The position numbers were made by a program, and so were the translations under genes. Positions 5,848 to 6,663 of a stretch of 6,663 bases of DNA are shown piece after piece (within the stretch, counting starts at the first letter, position 1; each line of letters opens with the position of its first letter). The stretch is from a virus (taxonomy: Duplodnaviria; Heunggongvirae; Uroviricota; Caudoviricetes): IMG/VR virus record IMGVR_UViG_2648501669_000009, positions 1 through 6,663 of that record. The stretch is one strand, 5' to 3'. Under the pieces are notes generated by a model. The model saw nothing but the letters and a program-made list of their open reading frames with translations. It was not told the origin of the DNA and did no database searches.

Positions 5848-6126
5848 ATGTTACCCGTGTTATGGCTTGAAAGCGCAGATACCGACCTAGATGATATAGC
5901 TAGCTATATTGCTCGTTTCGACATAGATGCGGCTGAACGCTTATGGCAGCGATTAAGGGGTTGTGTGCTGCCGTTATCCGAACATCCGTATTTATACCCA
6001 CCAAGCGACAGAGTACCTGGCTTGCGTGAGATTGTAGCCCACCCTAACTATATAATTCTATACCGCGTAACAACATCAAGCGTTGAAGTAGTAAACGTGA
6101 TCCACGCAAGACGCCAGTTTCCCTAA
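5848..6126 (+). CDS. parE2: ParE-family toxin (ParE2-type), 92 aa
   Basis: ATG 5848 lies 1 nt after the antitoxin TAA (TAAaATG). The product MLPVLWLESADTDLDDIASYIARFDIDAAERLWQRL...ILYRVTTSSVEVVNVIHARRQFP has a ParE/RelE-like layout. The longer track ORF from 5752 is an in-frame upstream extension overlapping the antitoxin. Confidence 0.85.
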   Translation: MLPVLWLESADTDLDDIASYIARFDIDAAERLWQRLRGCVLPLSEHPYLYPPSDRVPGLREIVAHPNYIILYRVTTSSVEVVNVIHARRQFP

Positions 6127-6155
6127 CTTTCACTACCAATAGAAACATAACAACC

Positions 6156-6187
6156 GCAACGACTTTATCAAAAGCGTTGTGTTTGTT
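6156..6187 (+). terminator. Weak putative terminator after the TA operon (tImm-like position)
   Basis: CAACG (6157-6161) pairs with CGTTG (6175-6179) across a 13-nt loop, followed by the U-rich gtttgtt (6181-6187). Short stem, so low confidence. Confidence 0.3.
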
Positions 6188-6197
6188 ACGCTCCGTG

Positions 6198-6238
6198 GTT
6201 TAGTTTTTACTTGACTTAAGTTTAATGTTTATTAAACT
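6198..6238 (+). promoter_or_regulatory. OL-like operator copies plus PL-like promoter for the early-left genes
   Basis: 6220-6237 gtttaatgtttattaaac matches the OR site 5195-5212 at 16 of 18 positions. 6198-6215 gtttagtttttacttgac shares only the left half. -35 TTGACT (6211-6216), 16-nt spacer, -10 TAAACT (6233-6238), the same hexamers as the PR-like promoter. Confidence 0.45.
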
Positions 6239-6417
6239 AAAAATACCAACCCACCCCGCCCCACAGAATGCAGGGCAATACTTCGAGTTACCAGGCAGTG
6301 GTCAGGGGTTAAGTAGCCAGCCCGAGGCGTAAGAACATGACGGCAGGGTTCAACTTTAATAACTATGCAGCAGGTTTTTGTTCCGCTACCCCGGCGTTAA
6401 GGGGAAATGAGGTCAGC

Positions 6418-6573
6418 ATGGATACTATCGATCTTGGCAACAACGAATCTCTGGTGTACGGCGTGTTTCTCAACCAGGACGGTACGTTCACCGCGATGAC
6501 GTATACCAAAAGCAAAACGTTTAAAACCGAATCTGGCGCGCGTCGCTGGCTGGAAAGAAATTCAGGTGAGTGA
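6418..6573 (+). CDS. Small early-left protein, 51 aa (I believe it resembles Rac YdaF, unverified)
   Basis: ATG 6418 with GAGG 5 nt upstream. Product MDTIDLGNNESLVYGVFLNQDGTFTAMTYTKSKTFKTESGARRWLERNSGE. The track start at 6337 has no SD and would give 78 aa. Confidence 0.6.
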   Translation: MDTIDLGNNESLVYGVFLNQDGTFTAMTYTKSKTFKTESGARRWLERNSGE

Positions 6574-6574
6574 T

Positions 6575-6663
6575 ATGGATTTCGACACAATCATGGAAAA
6601 GGCTTACGAAGAATACTTCGAAGGCCTTGCCGAAGGCGAAGAAGCTCTCAGCTTCAGTGAGAG
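6575..6663 (+). CDS. Partial CDS (first 29 codons, runs off window): small acidic early-left protein (possibly YdaG-like, unverified)
   Basis: ATG at 6575, 1 nt after the upstream TGA, with AGGTGAG upstream. MDFDTIMEKAYEEYFEGLAEGEEALSFSE... is open to the window end. Confidence 0.5.
   Translation, partial: MDFDTIMEKAYEEYFEGLAEGEEALSFSE

Larger units (their letters stand above)
1..6663. mobile_element. Segment of a lambdoid (Rac/CP-933P-like) prophage: immunity region, replication module, nin-like region
   Basis: Divergent Cro-like and repressor genes around an AT-rich operator region; O-like gene with internal iterons followed by a DnaC-like loader; short overlapping genes typical of phage operons. 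No att site or integrase lies in the window, so the boundaries are not visible. Confidence 0.8.

Noticed and set aside
1-6663. CRISPR arrays, tRNA/rRNA genes, IS elements, integrase or att sites
   Set aside because: There are no regularly spaced repeats with unique spacers, no tRNA-like structure, and no transposase or integrase reading frame; the only repeats are the iterons and operator sites described above.

Overview
The window reads as a segment of a lambdoid (Rac / CP-933P-like) enterobacterial prophage, most likely Escherichia/Shigella, containing the whole immunity region with the replication module and a nin-like accessory region to its left. Minus strand, 5165 down to 1: Cro-like ydaS, CII-like ydaT, an O-like initiator with an iteron/AT-rich origin inside it, a DnaC-like helicase loader, then six tightly coupled small genes (tandem winged-helix protein, small HTH protein, DUF4406, coiled-coil protein, Cys-containing protein, acidic 103-aa protein), a structured leader, and a partial membrane-protein ORF running off the left edge that the ORF track does not list. 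Plus strand, 5263 rightwards: an XRE-type repressor co-transcribed with a PaaA2/ParE2-type antitoxin-toxin pair, a weak terminator, a second operator/promoter region, and two small early-left genes. Nothing here is clearly a new defence system; the most system-like entity is the repressor-antitoxin-toxin operon in the lambda cI-rexAB position, and the least characterised cargo is the DUF4406/HTH/winged-helix block. All calls rest on reading the sequence and remembered family features; no searches were run.
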